From Lytechinus pictus (taxonomy: Eukaryota): DNA of 64,000 bases. The notes beneath the pieces are model-generated. The model ran no database searches and was not told the DNA's origin. It saw only the letters and a program-made list of their open reading frames with translations. Below are positions 49,445 to 62,804 of this stretch, in pieces (positions within the stretch are counted from its first letter, which is position 1; each line of letters opens with the position of its first letter). The DNA lies in NCBI RefSeq assembly GCF_037042905.1, contig NC_087254.1, positions 32,178,001 through 32,242,000 of the forward strand, in the 5' to 3' direction. A program made the translations under genes and the position numbers.

Positions 49445-50986
49445 GGGGGTGGATCGCTCGAGTCTTATTGTTGTATCCGGTAAAAGTACGTGTTTGCATT
49501 CTGTACAAAAGGATTCGTCGTAATTCGTCCAACCGATATTCCCCGTGAAACGAGCCGTTCTGCTTGGATATGTTGCAGACGTACAACTCTCTCAAATGGG
49601 GAAACCGCCGTTGAATACACCGCAGCAAGTCGCTACCCGCCTCCTGGCAGTGTAGTAAAATAACACAAAATCGTCATGACGGTGTAGCGTTACTTTTGGC
49701 GAAAGTTACGTAATCTCCGCACACCGAGTTCGCACTGCGGCAGCATGGTCGAGTGATTTTTGTAGCCTGTTATTAGTCGTTTCGCGCGTATTTGACACAG
49801 AAGCTTGCACCGTGCAATGATGCACACAACACCCGCGCTCTTGACCGAAGAGCCGACCCAACATGCCCAATGAACTTACACACAAACTAAGGCCTATACA
49901 TCAGGTATCTTTCCTTGCATCCACACACCAGTTAGTAGCTCCATGCACACATCAAATCCAATCTCCCTGGTATACACCTGATACATGTAATGATAAGCAT
50001 GATGAGAGAGAATTGAGAGGAATGAGGGAAATTGTTCTCTGACCATCGTGATCATTGTGAATGTAGAACATGCATGTTAACTGACTACGGGACCAACCAG
50101 CCAGTAGGCTACCAGTTAAAATAGTCACCGTTTCCCCCTTTTCTGCACTTAACAGTCATTATAAAGCCAAAGGAAAAATAAGGGATATTATGATTCATGT
50201 GATATTGGACAAGTCATGTAAGTAAGGACTATCATAATTTCATCATGTTCATCTTTTTTGTAATTTATGATCCTGATAATTACTTCACTGTGTCAGTGAA
50301 CTGCATCAAGGACTCATCACTTTTATATAGATTTTACTGGTTTTTATTGTACATTTCAATCTTATGCTCCTGTTGCTATCACCTCTCTGAATATTAATAC
50401 AAACGCAGATAACGTTCAATATCGCTGTAGTAGTACGACGTTGTGGGTATACCAGTACACTACGTGTAGAGATGAAAATTCACATATCGGATACAAAAGT
50501 TTACGTGAATGACGGCTGTCATAAACGCCTACCAGTCGTTTTATTCAGCTTGGATAAACTGATGTACATGTTCTTTTGCTAATTTATAACAAAATGGCAC
50601 GGTAAAAATCTAATCGGCATGGATAGATCGGATGCTAATAAAGTTGAGAAACAAAGTATGTGCAGCGCTCTCGCTGTTATCGATTCACTGTGGTGACCTC
50701 ATTTTATTACATGTTTGCGTAATGACGATTTCGCGTGATTTTACTACACTGCCTGGTCCTGCATGAAGATTTTGGCGTCCCACTTCCCGACGACACGCGC
50801 AACAACTGGACGGGCCTGAAGCGAGACATTGCCAAATACGTAAAAAGAGATATGCTGGGGGAAACGGGAGGAACAGGAGGAGAAAAACCTACCGATACGG
50901 AAATATGTTTGCATTATTACATCACTATTCGAATGGCATCGTCCGAAAAAATCTCACCAATAGACGTTGTATCCATCATCGCTTAA
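49445..50986. pseudogene. Probable relic of an autonomous Harbinger: transposase N-terminus (minus, ~49445-49630) and Myb/SANT-like fragment (plus, ~50760-50930)
   Basis: Minus frame YRLDELRRILLYRMQTRTFTGYNNKTRAIHP loosely resembles the HARBI1-type N-terminus (...RSRAISP); plus frame NNWTGLKRDIAKYVKRDMLGETGGTGG resembles the Myb/SANT 'W.DLK...TGGG' of Harbinger partner proteins. Confidence 0.35.
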
Positions 50987-51289
50987 GACTTAAATTGGCG
51001 GAAATCCATCGGAAATAAGAAAATTATATGGCGTAGAGTTAGAATATTTTTTGTGAAAAGATTGAAACAAAATATTGTCACATGATTGATTGCATCAGAG
51101 ATAATTGTAAACAATCCTTCTACATGATGTTTAATTGTTTATTTTTTGCTTAACTTAATTAGTCGTTCGTCATGTCAAATTCAGAAGAACGTCAAAGGCC
51201 CTGACGTCCTTCAATAGGAATGTCATTGGCAAGATGAAACATGTTTATTTATTTACATGTGAGTGTTCCATCCTGATGTGGACTCTTTT

Positions 51290-53040
51290 GAAAAAATGTC
51301 AGCGAGAAAGCGCAATATCCAATGTGTGTGGTACCAATTCCAAGTAGACCTGACAACGATAATTTGGCAGTTCGTAAGCACTGTGGGGAAAAGCAATTTC
51401 ATGGTCAAGATCCAAAGAATCGTAGTACAACAAACTTAAAAGGCATCTCAAGAAATGCCCAAGAGGTTGGCAATGGGGCCCAGGAGTGGCAAGAGGAGCT
51501 GTAACCTGAAGACAATGCTTCTTGAAACAGCGGAAAGGAGAAGTCGGGCCACGGGAATGATGATGGCAATGGATATGTGGCCATAAAACATTGTCGAAAA
51601 TGATGGTTTCCAGCATTTGCTAACTACGATGGATGCACAGTGCAAAGTTCAATCGAGAACATTATTTTTATCACTGAGCTTTATCGAGAAGTTGTCAGTG
51701 GACTTAAAGATGAATTGGCAATGGCCATGTGTGGGGTCAGTTTAACAAATGACATGTGGAGATCCCATCAAGACAAGGAATATATGTGCGTGACATTCCA
51801 CTAGGCTAATCAAGTTGACAACCAGGTGAGAATATATTTCTTTATATAATATATGATAGATTTCTATTATCATGAGGATATTTCGCAAAGCCTAATTCTA
51901 CTTCTAAAAAAGTGATATAATTCCTTGCTATTCACCTTTTAAAACATTCATTAATTATTGATTTTGTTGCCATTTTGTCATAACATATAACATGTCATAA
52001 AATAAGCTTTAATTTATTACAGTCAAATTTCTATTACAGTTTGGGATGGGTACCCTGTGCTGCACATTGTCTGAACTTGACAAGGAATAGTTTAGAGCAG
52101 TGTGGGACAGTCTCAAAGCAATTCGTACACAAGTGAGCAAGGTAAAAATTCACCCTCTCAAGAGGAGATTCCAAGAGCTAGCTCAATCTCCATTATCCAG
52201 ATCAACAACACACATAACTGGTAAAGGATGTGGATACACGCTGGAACTCAACTCTCGATATGGTAAAAGTCTGTCCTGAAATATCGAGATGCCGCCGAAT
52301 CTTTCGCAAATGATCGGATCATGACAGGGTTCCAAAATTTGCAACGGCTGTATTGAGTATTTGCTCATTGGTCAAAAGTATTTAACTTGCTAAATGGAGT
52401 TGTTGATGCCGTGTAACCATCCAAAGAGGCAACTCTGATGGTTCCATCCATCTCATCAGGGGATTCAGCAAGAAACTAAGCCATCTTAATTCAAAAGCAA
52501 ATTGTTCAAATAAATGTAAATTTTGTCAAAAATGATAGACTATTTCATTAAAAATATATATATCATTTGTATCAAAGGTGAAGATCACTAAACCTCTTGG
52601 AGATGGGGACCCGCGGACGTTTTTTTTTTCAGTCAAGATGTGTCTGTAATTATAATTGTCATCAAGATCAGAAGTTAGGCGAAGGATGAAAACCCTCTAT
52701 TAGTCAACATGAATGGAGGTGCAATTATTACCGATCTCGGAAACATCTTGGACAATTATTGGGGGACAAACGGTTACCCTGGACGGTTCTTTCCTACAAC
52801 CATACAGGAATCAGTTTCTACAAAGGTAACTTTTTGTCAATGAAAAAAGCATTAAATATATATCTATGTAGCATAGTGAAGATTAACATGGAGTGTGTAC
52901 TCAGCAAAAGGCATAGATCTGAATTCAAGAAGAAGGCTAGTTTAAGGGTAGAGGATGCTGTATCTTCTCTACTATTAAATTCAGTAGCGAACTGCCAAAA
53001 AGTTAAAGCGTTCCAGATCACATGAGAGGAATGAACATAT
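51290..53040 (+). pseudogene. Decayed hAT (Ac/ZBED-like) transposase
   Basis: Ordered hAT motifs with stops and frameshifts: DMWP*NIVENDGFQHLL...SR (~51570-51660), VSLTNDMWRS...YMCVTFH (~51735-51800), VPCAAHCLNL (~52050), TRWNST (~52236), and a weak C-terminal dimerisation-like segment (~52870-52980). Confidence 0.85.
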
Positions 53041-54346
53041 CTTGATCCTGTTGAAACCTGTGGAAAAAAAAGCTGGTGAGATGATTGTGAATTAATTTGT
53101 ATAAAGGAATAGCGAGGATCGTAACAGCTGCACACACCAATAAGTAACCTCGTAGAGGATCAGAAGTCTGCAGTAACGACTCCAAGCAAGGCATGTCACG
53201 AAAGGAATCAAGAATGGAATGGAAATATAGAATGGAAATGAAATAAAGAATTGAATTGAATTCAAGGATTAGCTAAGTTGACAATATGAATTACCCCATA
53301 TATAAAGAAAAGGCCTGTATTACTAGAACTATGAACATTTAGCCATTGATAAGAGAGACACTAAGAATCAGGGCCCTTGAACAGCAAAAACTCCTTCTTT
53401 TCTCCTTGTCCCTTTCACTCTATGTAACTGACAATTTAAGTGATTGTTTGATTGATTGTGTGAATTCATATGTGAAGCTCATAATTTCCTTTTTTTTTTG
53501 GGGGGGGGTAAAGTTTAACTAAAAGTGAACCATATGTTAATGTGTTTTTGAGAACACCAATTTTTTAGAAAACCAAGGAAGTGTTAGCATAAAAAATTAA
53601 ACACAATAAAACAAATGACCAAATAGACATTTAAATCTTTTATTTGTCTTTTGCGTTTACTTTACGATGGTCTTTGTGTTAACTAACTTCCCCTCAGCTT
53701 GGCAGTGGTGAGGCGTTGCTTCTTCCTGAGCTCAACAGACCTTACCAAAAACCATTTCCAAGCCTGCCGGCACAAAGCAGCTGTCGAAGGGTGGGGAGCG
53801 TTAAGACGGAACTCATGACCCTTGCATTATCAGCACAATGCTCTAAGAATTTTTATGTCCCATATAAATGTGGTACTTAAAGAGGGTGGATAGTTTTGGA
53901 GATTCTCAAATATGCAGTTGTCATCATTTCACTTCACTTATGAATTATATGATTGTGTTTGCCCTAAAAATGATATGACATGAAGTAAATGGACTGAAAT
54001 TGTGTTTTGATGGTGAAATTAATTGATTTCATATAAATACGGGTATCCCTGCAGCCGAAGCCGAAGGCAAGAGGTTCGCACCGCACAATAATTCAAGTAA
54101 AATTTTATAATCTAATCAAGAGGATATGGGAGACGAGGAATGAGGGAGGAGGGGACCGAAGGGTGCCTCTCCAGGTACAAGACTCGTAAAAGGAAGAGAA
54201 TCGAGCAAGTTTTACGAACTGTCGCGATCAAAGAGGGGGACTATTAGAGTGCACAGTGAGATTTGGTATAAATTAATCATATAGAGTTGCACCTTTCCAT
54301 ATCTTATTTGGATTTCATTCATATTTCAGTGATTTTAGAATGAAAA

Positions 54347-56613
54347 TGTTCCTTACTTGTGTCTACAGAAATGTATGCAGTACATGCATTCCTCTTTGAA
54401 GAATGTACACATCTACATATATATTATTTTTTTTAAACTTGGTTGATGATTTGATCTACAAAATTATATTACCATTTTTTCTGATTTTGCAGCATCAGCA
54501 TAAGTTTTGCTGAAGTAGGTGACTTCATATATCCACATGAATCAGGAGGATATTGTAGATGATGATGATGATAGTGATTTTGCTGCAGAGGTTTTATTAC
54601 AAAGACGGTAATTATTGCAATTTATACACCAAATTGTGGTAATGTTTTCCTCATTCTTTAATGAAGGCAACCTGATAACATAATTCTTTACAAGTATTTT
54701 TAAGGAATACAACCTCAGAAAATAATTCAGAATGAGGAACAACTAACAAACCCATGTGAGGTCATCTAAATTTCAATGGGGAATCTTTCCCCAAGATTTA
54801 AGGCGCCACCTTTGTGATTAATTGCAATTAAAATCTATGCTTACCTTAGAAATATGCTTGAATGAATTTGAATAATCCTTAGAACCGTTATTATTTTAAT
54901 TCAGAAATCCCATTGTCAGATTCTGATTAAATGTAATTAAAAATAAATATCAAGATCGAGCATTTACTGCAACCGGACAGTATACCCATTATTGCCTGCT
55001 CATTTTCTCAAATGCAATTTATTTAGAAGTAGTTTTAATACTTTACCATACTAGTAATTTTCATATGATGTTTGTATTTGGGCAAGTGTGCACTTAACCC
55101 TTCTCAAAATTTCCAGAAAAATGAAGTTAGTAGTTAGAATTTGGTATGCAAGATAGGAAAAAATGCACCCCTCTTTGCTTGATATCAGCATGATAAAAAT
55201 CCAAGACTTTTTGTGAGCAGGTCAGAGAGGCAGATATTGCCAAAATGATAAACAGAGAACAATAATAAGGATGATTTAAATCGAACCTTTTTGGGGGGTC
55301 CTTTCTTCTTCATCAGGCCTGAGGATATAGCTTTCTTGAGGAGAATCGGAAAGGATGAAGAAGTCCTTGGTGAGCAGGATGAACTAGAGTCCAGTTTACA
55401 GACAACAAGGTTAGGTCTGCATGTAAAAGTGTCACCAGAAGAGACCTCGGACTTAGGGTTTGTGCTGATTTCAAAGACCAGATTGAAACAGTTGGCAAAA
55501 GAAGCCTACCCAACATGTGCAGTTTGTGGCGCAGAGACAATTGCAACAGTTCATGATGCCAATGGTTCAGCTGGGCATGTGAAGTGGGTAAGTGCTAGCA
55601 TTGTATCCAAATGTAGGGATTGTGATTGTTCAAGAATAAGCTTCAAAGTCAGTCTTGCATTTAAGCATTTTGAGATTGGTTCTAATGTCATGTTACGCTA
55701 TTCAATTCTATTTTATTTCAGTTTACTTCACTATGGTATGTACATCCTCCCCTGGCTTTATGCAGGATATTAGCAAATATTTCATAAATAAAAAGGCACT
55801 AAACGTATGTTCGATTAACATACATTGTAAGAGAGGCCTTTATCTTGGCATGAAATCAGTTCAGAAAAGAACTGTTGGAAAAGGAGAATTCCTTTCTGAA
55901 AAAAGTGAACCACAAGTCGCCTGTACTAATTTATTTCAAAGGGAATATCAGTGTACATTTTTTAAAGAGTACAGTCCCTCTTCAGTGTCATACTTGCATG
56001 CATTGCGTAGATTTAGATATATATCAATCAATCGTTCCAGAGTTATTTGTTGCAAATATATTTAGAAGCTTGAATTGCAATCCAGGACAAAAGAAAGTAT
56101 TTGTTTTATGTCCTTTCTCTCTCCTACACATTTCAGTTTTTCCAGTGTGGAGTTTATGAATAGTTTGTAGTAGAGTATGTCTCATAAGTCATAATTTTAT
56201 CTTTGTCTTAATTGGATATTTCCTCATTTCTATTTGTTGAAGGTGTGTCCTAATGAACATGAACGCAAATTTTGCAGCCAGGAGGTCATAGGAAGAAGCC
56301 ATGTGGGGGATGTTAGGCTTGGTAGCGCAATTCTGCTGTCTGGAAACAACTTCCAGAAAATCAAACTGCTATCCCAATTTTCGAAATTGAATTTCATGTC
56401 TCAAAGGACATTTCATGCGATCCAGGCCCAGTATGCCATCCCGGCAGTAGAAGCTTGCTGGAAGGGGATCCAGGATGCAACCATAAACAAGCACAAAGCA
56501 ACTCTAGTTGTTGTATGTGGTAAGTTATTCAATAACAGTCTCTAGCAATGATTGATTCATTAATGACAAAAGTAATGTTGAAACAAATTAAACCTCATAC
56601 TCCCCGGGGTTGG
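54347..56613. repeat. Tandem duplication copy 1 (~2.3 kb) of a transposase-derived segment
   Basis: Near-identical to 56806-59063; paired ORFs in the track are offset by ~2.45 kb. Confidence 0.95.
55317..56519 (+). mobile_element. Spliced DDE transposase fragment (Kolobok/Mutator-like family), exons 55317-55587 and 56243-56519
   Basis: Spliced frame ...LKQLAKEAYPTCAVCG...GHVKW|VCPNEHERKFCSQ...GSAILLSGNNFQKI...TFHAIQAQYAIPAVEACW...VVVC(G) matches the CxxC-W-C-H-SQ zinc motif and SAILLSG..F.K..Q..Y..PA...W block that precedes GDGRxDSPG in this family; canonical AG/GTAAGT sites. Confidence 0.7.
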
Positions 56614-56805
56614 TATTCCTTGCTATTCACCTTTTAAAACATTCATTAATTATTGATTTTGTTGCCATTTTGTCATAACATATAACATGTCATAAAATAA
56701 TCTTTAATTTATTACAGTCAAATTTCTATTACAGTTTGGGATGGGTACCCTGTGCTGCACATTGTCTGAACTTGACAAGGAATAGTTTAAAGCAGTGTGG
56801 GACAG

Positions 56806-59063
56806 TTCCTTACTTGTGTCTACAGAAATGTATGCAGTACATGCATTCCTCTTTGAAGAATGTACACATCTACACATATATATATAATTTTTTTTAAACT
56901 TGGTTGATCTACAAAATTATATTACAATTTTTTTCAGATTTTGCAGCATCAGCATAAGTTTTGCTGAAGTAGGTGACTTCATATATCCACATGAAGAGGA
57001 TATTGTAGATGATGATGATAGTGATTTTGCTGCAGAGGTTTTATTACAAAGACGATAATTATTGCAATTTATACACCAAATTATGGTAATGTTTTCTTCA
57101 TTCTTTGATGAAGGCAACCTGATAGCATAATTCTTTACAAGAATTTTTAAGGAATACAACCTCAGAAAATAATTCAGAATGAGGAACAACTAACAAACCC
57201 ATGTGAGATCATCTACATTTCATTGGGGAATCTTTCCCCAAGATTTAAGGTGCCACCTTTGTGATTAATTGCAATTAAAATAAATGCATACCGTAGAAAT
57301 ATGCTTGAATGAATTTGAATAATCCTTAGAACCGTTATTATTTTAATTCAGAAATCCCTTTGTCAGATTCTGATTAATTGTAATTAAAAATAAATATCAA
57401 GATAGAGCATTTACTGCAACCGGACAGTACACCCATTATTGCCTGCTCATTTTCTCAAATGCATTTTATTTAGAAGTAGTTTTAATACTTTACCATACTA
57501 GTAATTTTTATATGATGTTTGTATTTGGGCAAGTGTGCACTTAACCCTTCTCAAAATTTCCAGCAGAAAAATGAAGTTAGTAGTTAGAATTTGGTATGCA
57601 AGATAGGAAAAAATGCACCCCTCTTTGCTTGATATCAGCATGATAAAAATCCAAGACTTTTTGTGAGCAGGTCAGAGAGGCAGATATTGCCAAAATGATA
57701 AACAGAGAACAATAATAAGGATGATTTAAATCGAACCTTTTTTTGGGGGTCCTTTCTTCTTCAACAGGCCTGAGGATATAGCTTTCTTGAGGAGAATCGG
57801 GGAGGACGAAAAAGTCCTTGGTGAGCAGGATGAACTAGAGTCCAGTTTACAGACAACGAGGTTAGGTCTGCATGTAAAAGTGTCACCAGAAGAGACCTCG
57901 GACTTAGGGTTTGTGCTGATTTCAAAGACCAGATTGAAACAGTTGGCAAAAGAAGCCTACCCAACATGTGCAGTTTGTGGCGCAGAGACGATTGCAACAG
58001 TTCATGATGCCAATGGTTCAGCTGGGCATGTGAAGTGGGTAAGTGCTAGCATTGTATCCAAATGTAGGGATTGTGATTGTTCAAGAATAAGCTTCAAAGT
58101 CAGTCTTGCATTTAAGCATTTTGAGATTGGTTCTAATGTCATGTTACGCTATTCAATTCTATTTTATTTCAGTTTACTTCACTATGGTATGTACATCCTC
58201 CCCTGGCTTTATGCAGGATATTAGCAAATATTTCATAAATAAAAAGGCACTAAACGTATGTTTGATTAACATAAATTGTAAGAGAGGCCTTTATCTTGGC
58301 ATGAAATCAGTTCAGAAAAGAACTGTTTGAAAAGGAGAATTCCTTTCTGAAAAAAGTGAACCACAAGTCGCCTGTACTAATTTATTTCAAAGGGAATATC
58401 AGTGTACATTTTTTAAAGAGTACAGTCCCTCTTCAGTGTCATACTTGCATGCATTGCGTAGATTTAGATATATATCAATCAATCGTTCCAGAGTTATTTG
58501 TTGCAAATATATTTAGAAGCTTGAATTGCAATCCAGGACAAAAGAAAGTATTTGTTTTATGTCCTTTCTCTCTCCTACACATTTCAGTTTTTCCAGTGTG
58601 GAGTTTATGAATAGTTTGTAGTAGAGTATGTCTCATAAGTCATAATTTTATCTTTGTCTTAATTGGATATTTCCTCATTTCTATTTGTTGAAGGTGTGTC
58701 CTAATGAACATGAACGCAAATTTTGCAGCCAGGAGGTCATAGGAAGAAGCCATGTGGGGGATGTTAGGCTTGGTAGCGCAATTCTGCTGTCTGGAAACAA
58801 CTTCCAGAAAATCAAACTGCTATCCCAATTTTCGAAATTGAATTTCATGTCTCAAAGGACATTTCATGCGATCCATGCCCAGTATGCCATCCCGGCAGTA
58901 GAAGCTTGCTGGAAGGGGATCCAGGATACAACCATAAACAAGCACAAAGCAACTCCAGTTGTTATATGTGGTAAGTTATTCAATAACAGTCTCTAGCAAT
59001 GATTGATTCATTAATGACAAAAGTAATGTTGAAACAAATTAAACCTCATACTCCCCGGGGTTG
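56806..59063. repeat. Tandem duplication copy 2, preceded by a 190-bp copy (56614-56805) of 51919-52110
   Basis: Direct comparison of the sequences. Confidence 0.95.
57768..58970 (+). mobile_element. Second copy of the spliced Kolobok/Mutator-like transposase fragment, exons 57768-58038 and 58694-58970
   Basis: Same frame and splice sites as copy 1, with a few substitutions. Confidence 0.7.
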
Positions 59064-59770
59064 GGAGGGCATTACGACCCCCCCCCTGTCAATTTTTTGT
59101 TGATACTTCCTAATGCCTCAAGGTTTCAAGAAAAAAAAGGCATGACTTTTCTCTGAACCTTCCCACATATTTTGATACTAACTATATGGCGATCGGACCT
59201 GCCGTGCAGATGTCAGATTACGTTTACTGAACACGCGTATCACTGAAATTTCACTATTTCTGTATATGAGTGTGTACAACCCTATGGACAAAATTAGGAG
59301 CTTTTCCAAATTATGAAGATACTTTTCTAGTAAGTATCATTGTTTGAAATCATGTAAATAATTACTACTGCACACACATCCACACAAATAGCACCTGAAG
59401 AAAGAAGAGAAATACATAAGGAAAGTGAAAAAAAAAAAAAATAGTTTAGAAGTAACTACCAAAACCCATTTTTTAACTTACAGGAATTGATAATAGAGTT
59501 ATTAACGATATTTGTACCAAAAGTTGATATTCATGAGGCTTTATTTCGTGAGAAATGCCCAAATTCGCAAAAAAATTATTACAAAGATAAAAAGGCTTTC
59601 TTTTTCATAATTTTAGCTATACAAGTTTGTAGATTACATGATTCTTGACTTTTGTTCAAAATTTTGAGGCAATAACGCAACCCAGGGCTGAGATCTCGGG
59701 GGGGGGGGGGGTGATAATGGCCCCTCCCTAGTAATAACCAGCTTTAAAATACCCCGAAAGTATTAGGGTG
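59041..59770. mobile_element. piggyBac-like non-autonomous element
   Basis: ttaa-acctcatactccccgggg ... ccccgaaagtattagggt (imperfect inverted termini) with subterminal poly-G/poly-C blocks. Confidence 0.5.
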
Positions 59771-60019
59771 AAGAGAAAGAAAGCCTTGACAGACATTTTG
59801 TCATCATATTTCTCCTTAGGATAATCATATTGTTTCAAGATATGTGATAAAGGGTCCCTTATATGACTCAAGTGCCACTATTTCAAAAGTGGAGTACTTA
59901 GCATATTTGTCATCAGATTTTGGTGAAATGCAATTTTATTTTTTTTAGATGAAAATAAAAATTTGGAAATGAATGAGGGTTGGTTTCAGTGGCCTTGCGT
60001 TCAGAGCAAATTGTTACAA

Positions 60020-60270
60020 CAATAATAATAGCAGGGCCCGCTGGGAGAACAGTTTTCGGAACTGAAGCGGCTACCCTGGGTAAATATACCGCTATTATTA
60101 TTATTATTATTAACTCTGGCTAAACCTAGCATAGCCTAGGTACAGTGCGTCCAAAGCATCCCTGAGAATGTGCAGTCTATGATAATAATATAGGACATTT
60201 ACCCGGGGAAGCCACTTCAGTTCTAAAAACTGTTCTAATAGCGGGCCCTACTATTATTACCCCGGCTAGC
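60020..60270. repeat. Inverted pair of SINE/LINE 3' tails
   Basis: gggcccgct...gaacagtttt.ggaactgaag.ggct.ccc.gggtaaat(att)n at 60030-60110 and its reverse complement at 60180-60250. Confidence 0.75.
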
Positions 60271-60453
60271 TAATAATGGTGTGTGCATATGAGCTACAAA
60301 CAACATATTGCAATAAACACAGACTTCTTGAAAATTTGAGAAGCAATTTTGTCAATTTCACTTCCAATTGTTATCAGTAATTGCTGTTCAATGGCAAAGA
60401 CTCATGCAACTGGAATTTTTTTACCCTTTACCAACACTATCCACAAGCTTTAA

Positions 60454-61044
60454 AGGGGAATCCAGCCCTGGCCATACAATGTTGTGTTGGGAAGGAGAAA
60501 AATAAATCAAAGAGAATGGTGAAAGTTTGAAAGAAATCGGACAATAAGAAAATTATAGCTGTTTTAAAATTGAGATCACTAATACTATGTAGATTTCAAA
60601 TTGGCAATTGGGTAAGTAAATTATGACAAGGGGCAAGGACAACTTTCCCATAGGCCATGTACTTTATTATCAGGAATTTGTGGTTTTCTCCTAAGTACCC
60701 ATTCCCCTGGGGCAGTAATCTAAATATAACCCAGGTAGTATATTGTTTTATGTCCTCATGAAAGAAAAGTATAATTTAAAATAAAACATTTGGGAAAAAT
60801 GACATTTTAGCCATAATATGCATTGTAGTACATGGAAGAGTAGTCCTTGCCTTACATCACTATGACATCCCATATGCGGCCAATTTGAAGTCTCCATGGG
60901 TATAGTGATTACCAATATTTACAACTTTTAAAAATTCATAACTTTGTTGTTGTTTGTCCAATATTGTTCAAACTTCCACCTATCAACTTGTCTGATTTTT
61001 CCTTTCCTTATAAAAAAAAGTTTTTATTTGGGTTGGATTCCCCT
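60454..61044. mobile_element. Kolobok-type MITE with TTAA flanks
   Basis: ttaa|aggggaatccagccc ... gggttggattcccct|ttttaa. Confidence 0.8.
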
Positions 61045-61149
61045 TTTAATTTGTCAATGGTGGCGGTGGCGGAATTTTAATTTTAATGTTCCAAGATGCT
61101 CCCTTGCTTTGGTTCATAAGACTAAGCATGGTTGGCTTTCAATTGTTAT

Positions 61150-62430
61150 GAATCCCTGCTGTATGTAATATTTTTTTATCCACAACTGACAAGAAAGAAT
61201 GAAAGTAACTCGGAGGCGGAAAACCCTTTAATTTGGAGAAGGCTTAATTTATTTCATCCTTACTTGAAAGAATTCGGCCACATAAGGCTACATGAAGAAC
61301 TGGCTCAAGTACCCCAAGGACCTCTCGGGGGGGGGGGGGGGGGTAGGAAGAAGAGGGCAGAGAAAGGTATATCATTTTCCAATGTTTACTTTATTAGAAG
61401 AACCAGTGGAATATTTTGTTAGCATTGGGGGGAAAGAATTGATACAACAATGGCATCGTTTCCCCCGAAAACATAGTAACTCTTGCCCCGAGGTCCACAA
61501 CTAGAATGAGAGTAATAGGGATTACGGACTCCAGATTTTATAATGAAGTAGTCATATTTCCCCCTTCTCGATAAGTCTATGGCCGATAAGAAATATATTG
61601 ACCGTGGAGTCCAAACAGATTTAGTAGGAGATATGGTTAAACCGGGTAATGTTCCTGAACTTATTTATAGACATGATCAGCTTTTTGCGGACCATGTAAT
61701 TTTGATAAAGGGAATATCCTGAAGGAGAAGTAATGGCTTTTTTCACTGATTCCGATATTTTTCTTGATAATGCTAGGATTGGTAGAGACACGGTAACCGG
61801 AGAACCGACGGGCACAGCATTTTGTGTATTTGATAGTGCAGCTGACGCAAGAGGCGTGTTATGATAACAGGCGGCGATTGCATGGTGAGACAATCAAGAT
61901 TATCAAAGTTCCAAGAATATTTTTAGAAATTAATCTTGGGTGTGATGATGATTTCTCAGGGGAACAAGAAACCAATGACCCATCGTTATAAAAAATCCGA
62001 CAAAGTTGTCCTTGTTTAGTGACGACAAGAATTCTACAGGGGGAGAGGTTTCCTTTGAAGTTTAGCAGAGTGAAATAAAATGCTTACAGAATGAGGTGGG
62101 ATGCAATTCTGAAACTGCGGAGAGGCTGTGCAAATTGTGCTCGATATGGATGTTAAGGCTTCCAGGGCCGTAATAATTGAAAAAATAGTTGTATTTTATG
62201 GGACTGTTGAATCAGGAGCTGTTCTACTTCAGCAGCTTCATTCCATTACTCAAAATACATTCAAGTCAGTAATGGGTTATAGTGCACAACTGCAAATGTT
62301 GGTAGACAGTGCGAGCCTCTAAGGATGAGACCCTAAAAGTTGAGTTTTGCAAAGACCTGAGAAATAGCGATTTAAAGCATGTGATATTGTGTTTGTATAG
62401 GCCTCCATGCATTGGCATATAATCATTCCA
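61150..62430 (+). mobile_element. Decayed LINE fragment (ORF1 end / APE endonuclease start)
   Basis: Coding-like but interrupted frames; LKHVILCLYRPP (~62370-62407) matches the YRPP motif of LINE endonucleases. Confidence 0.4.
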
Positions 62431-62804
62431 TTCATTCCATGTCATCATTTCCCAGTAGCAGACTTTTCCCTGGGTCAGCACATTCCATCCCCTACCCTGT
62501 CTCATCTGTTCCCATGGTTACCCCTCACCACCGTGTAGAGAGTTATATAATACCCTGGACCCTGCGTGGTACCACATGTTTCATATGTATGAATAAAGCA
62601 CTTGTTCTTTGACCAGCAGAGAGAGCAGTCATGTGTGTATAGTGTTTGTGACTAGTGTTATAGTAATAGACTTGTTGAACGCAAAAGGCGATAAGGCACC
62701 TTTGATTCAACACAAAGTTTTGATGAATTGGTCAAATTTGCCCGTGTTGCGGAACAAGAGAATCAAGATTTCCATGATTTTCACTTTGCAGTAGTTAGAC
62801 TAAA

